Positions 62,462 through 64,000 of a stretch of DNA of 64,000 nt are shown piece after piece. A program made the translations under genes and the position numbers. Position 1 is the stretch's first letter; each line of letters begins with the position of its first letter. Where the stretch lies: the NCBI RefSeq assembly GCF_902459465.1, contig NC_047078.1, positions 6,572,001 to 6,636,000 on the forward strand, in the 5' to 3' direction. Origin of the DNA: Asterias rubens. Lineage: Eukaryota. Below the pieces are notes generated by a model, which was given only the letters and a program-made list of their open reading frames with translations, ran no database searches and had not been told where the DNA came from.

Positions 62462-63500
62462 TTAAACTTAGTTAGGAAGTGGTATTTTGTCAAAATAAAG
62501 CTTTGGTCACTCTTGTTTTGATGAGTGGAATATGAATAAACAATTAAAGATGCTATGTCAGATTTTTGGCCACAAACATTAAAAACAATTTTTTTGGGTA
62601 TTTCTAACAAAAAAAAGGCTTTACTTTTAATGGTCAGGAATCATGAAAAAAATTTAAACGTTTCTTATAAAACATCTAAGAATTGGTCACGTAATATATT
62701 GTCGGGATCCCGACAAAAACTAGTTTTGAGCACTTTATTTCACTGCTACTAATATATGGTGGACTTTTTCGAGCAATGGCTAAAATGAAAGCTTGTCACT
62801 TTCTCGACCCCCATCAAAATACCTATTGAATTTTAAATCAAAATTTTTGGGTCAAGTCGGCAAAAAATCTGACATATCATCTTTAACTAATGTTTAAAAA
62901 AATTAGTTCCATGTTATTTACAAATTTGAAAATAAGCCCGACCCGATACCTGATTTTTGTTCACGTTAGGCAAATGCTCCTTTAGGTTCGTTACGTCTTT
63001 CGGGTACCTTCTTCGACTTCCCCACCAGCTGGAAAAATTGTTGGGATGGCGTCATGTTTTAGAAAATAACTGTTCTCTTCGTGTCAAAATATGTAGTGTA
63101 TTCCGGATTCTCGAAGCACGACGGCTCGTGTTTGCTGCACAGCGCTGGAAAAGACTTGAAAACTGACCCAATCTTTAGTTGTTTTGCTGCATCAAGCAGC
63201 AATACACCTGGTCGACATTGTCGGAAAAAATGCAAGAAAAAAAAACCTTTTTCGAAACGTACAAACTTACGACTAGGACTTGAATGAACTTAAACGTACG
63301 TGTGTTCGATGTTCGATCGAGGCAAAGGGCAAAGTCTGCCACGATTGACGTCACAAAAGGGGTAGGCGGAGTCACCCCACACAACTTTTTTTTTGTACAT
63401 ATAAATCGTTAAAAACAATTACCAAAAACCAAATTTTATTGTTCAGAAACATATACTCTAATGTTTGAAGAAACAAAATTATATTTCCAGGTGACTTTAA
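62462..63500 (-). mobile_element. Kolobok-like THAP element inserted in a SINE and itself interrupted by a MITE (62544-62886)
   Basis: TTAA at both ends; right terminus TTCCAGGTGACT-TTAA; body homologous to 11237-12025; the SINE sequence resumes directly after 63500. Confidence 0.72.
62544..62886. mobile_element. TTAA-flanked MITE nested in the THAP element
   Basis: TIRs TTAA-AGATGCTATGTCAGATTTTT / AAAAATCTGACATATCATCT-TTAA; related inverted copy at about 9405-9600. Confidence 0.75.
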
Positions 63501-64000
63501 ACAAGACACTTAATCATTGCTTCGTCCTTCTGATGGGACGTAAAGCCGTTGGTCCCATGTGTTGTGTAACGCATTTAAAAGAACCCCGAAAAGAGAAGGG
63601 GTTCGCCCGGTGTTCAGTGCTGTGGCTGCTGTATGCGCAATAGCACCTTGTAAAACCCTTACAAGGTGCTAAATAATTTCAATTGGTAATAAAAAATAAC
63701 CTATCTTTCTGACAGTTTGTACTCAGCGCAGAGGTAATATTGATAGACAAAGTTTACATGTTGAACACACGTATCTAATCATGTAGTGCACACTAAACAT
63801 TATGGAGTTTAAAGCCGTTTACTCTCAGCATTATATTGTATTGTACTGTATATTCACCAGCACTTGTTATATTATTTAGATCGAAACAAAGAATTGCTGA
63901 TAGGCGCTACACTTTGGTTCGCAATTTGCTTTATAAGTGATTGAATTGTGATATTTGTCATTGTTCGTACAGTTTTAGACATTTTTTGGGAGTGAACCTG

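Overview
AT-rich metazoan genomic DNA with GT-AG introns, most likely an invertebrate deuterostome such as a sea star. That assignment is an inference from gene and repeat content and is not proven. Left to right: (1) the first coding exon of AAR2 on the minus strand, head-to-head with (2) a complete 4-exon PIH1D2 gene whose start codon sits inside a perfect RFX X-box; (3) a 15-exon ADGRD1-like adhesion GPCR on the minus strand (10885-22741) with GAIN/GPS and 7TM, for which I could not find the 5' exons; (4) from 23.5 kb to 62 kb, a plus-strand tandem array of five genes for secreted ~240-257 aa proteins (one copy carries a nonsense codon), preceded by one orphan last exon. Each array gene has a signal-peptide exon, a 207-nt Cys-rich exon that is almost nucleotide-identical in all five copies, and two strongly diverged exons resembling a farnesoic-acid-O-methyltransferase-like (Methyltransf_FA) domain. 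This constant-plus-variable secreted protein array is the most interesting system here. Introns and spacers are dense with TTAA-flanked Kolobok-type MITEs, THAP-bearing non-autonomous elements, tRNA-derived SINEs, LINE fragments, foldback elements and a 20-bp minisatellite. Gene models were assembled by hand from splice signals and phase checks. Family assignments rest on remembered motifs, not database searches.
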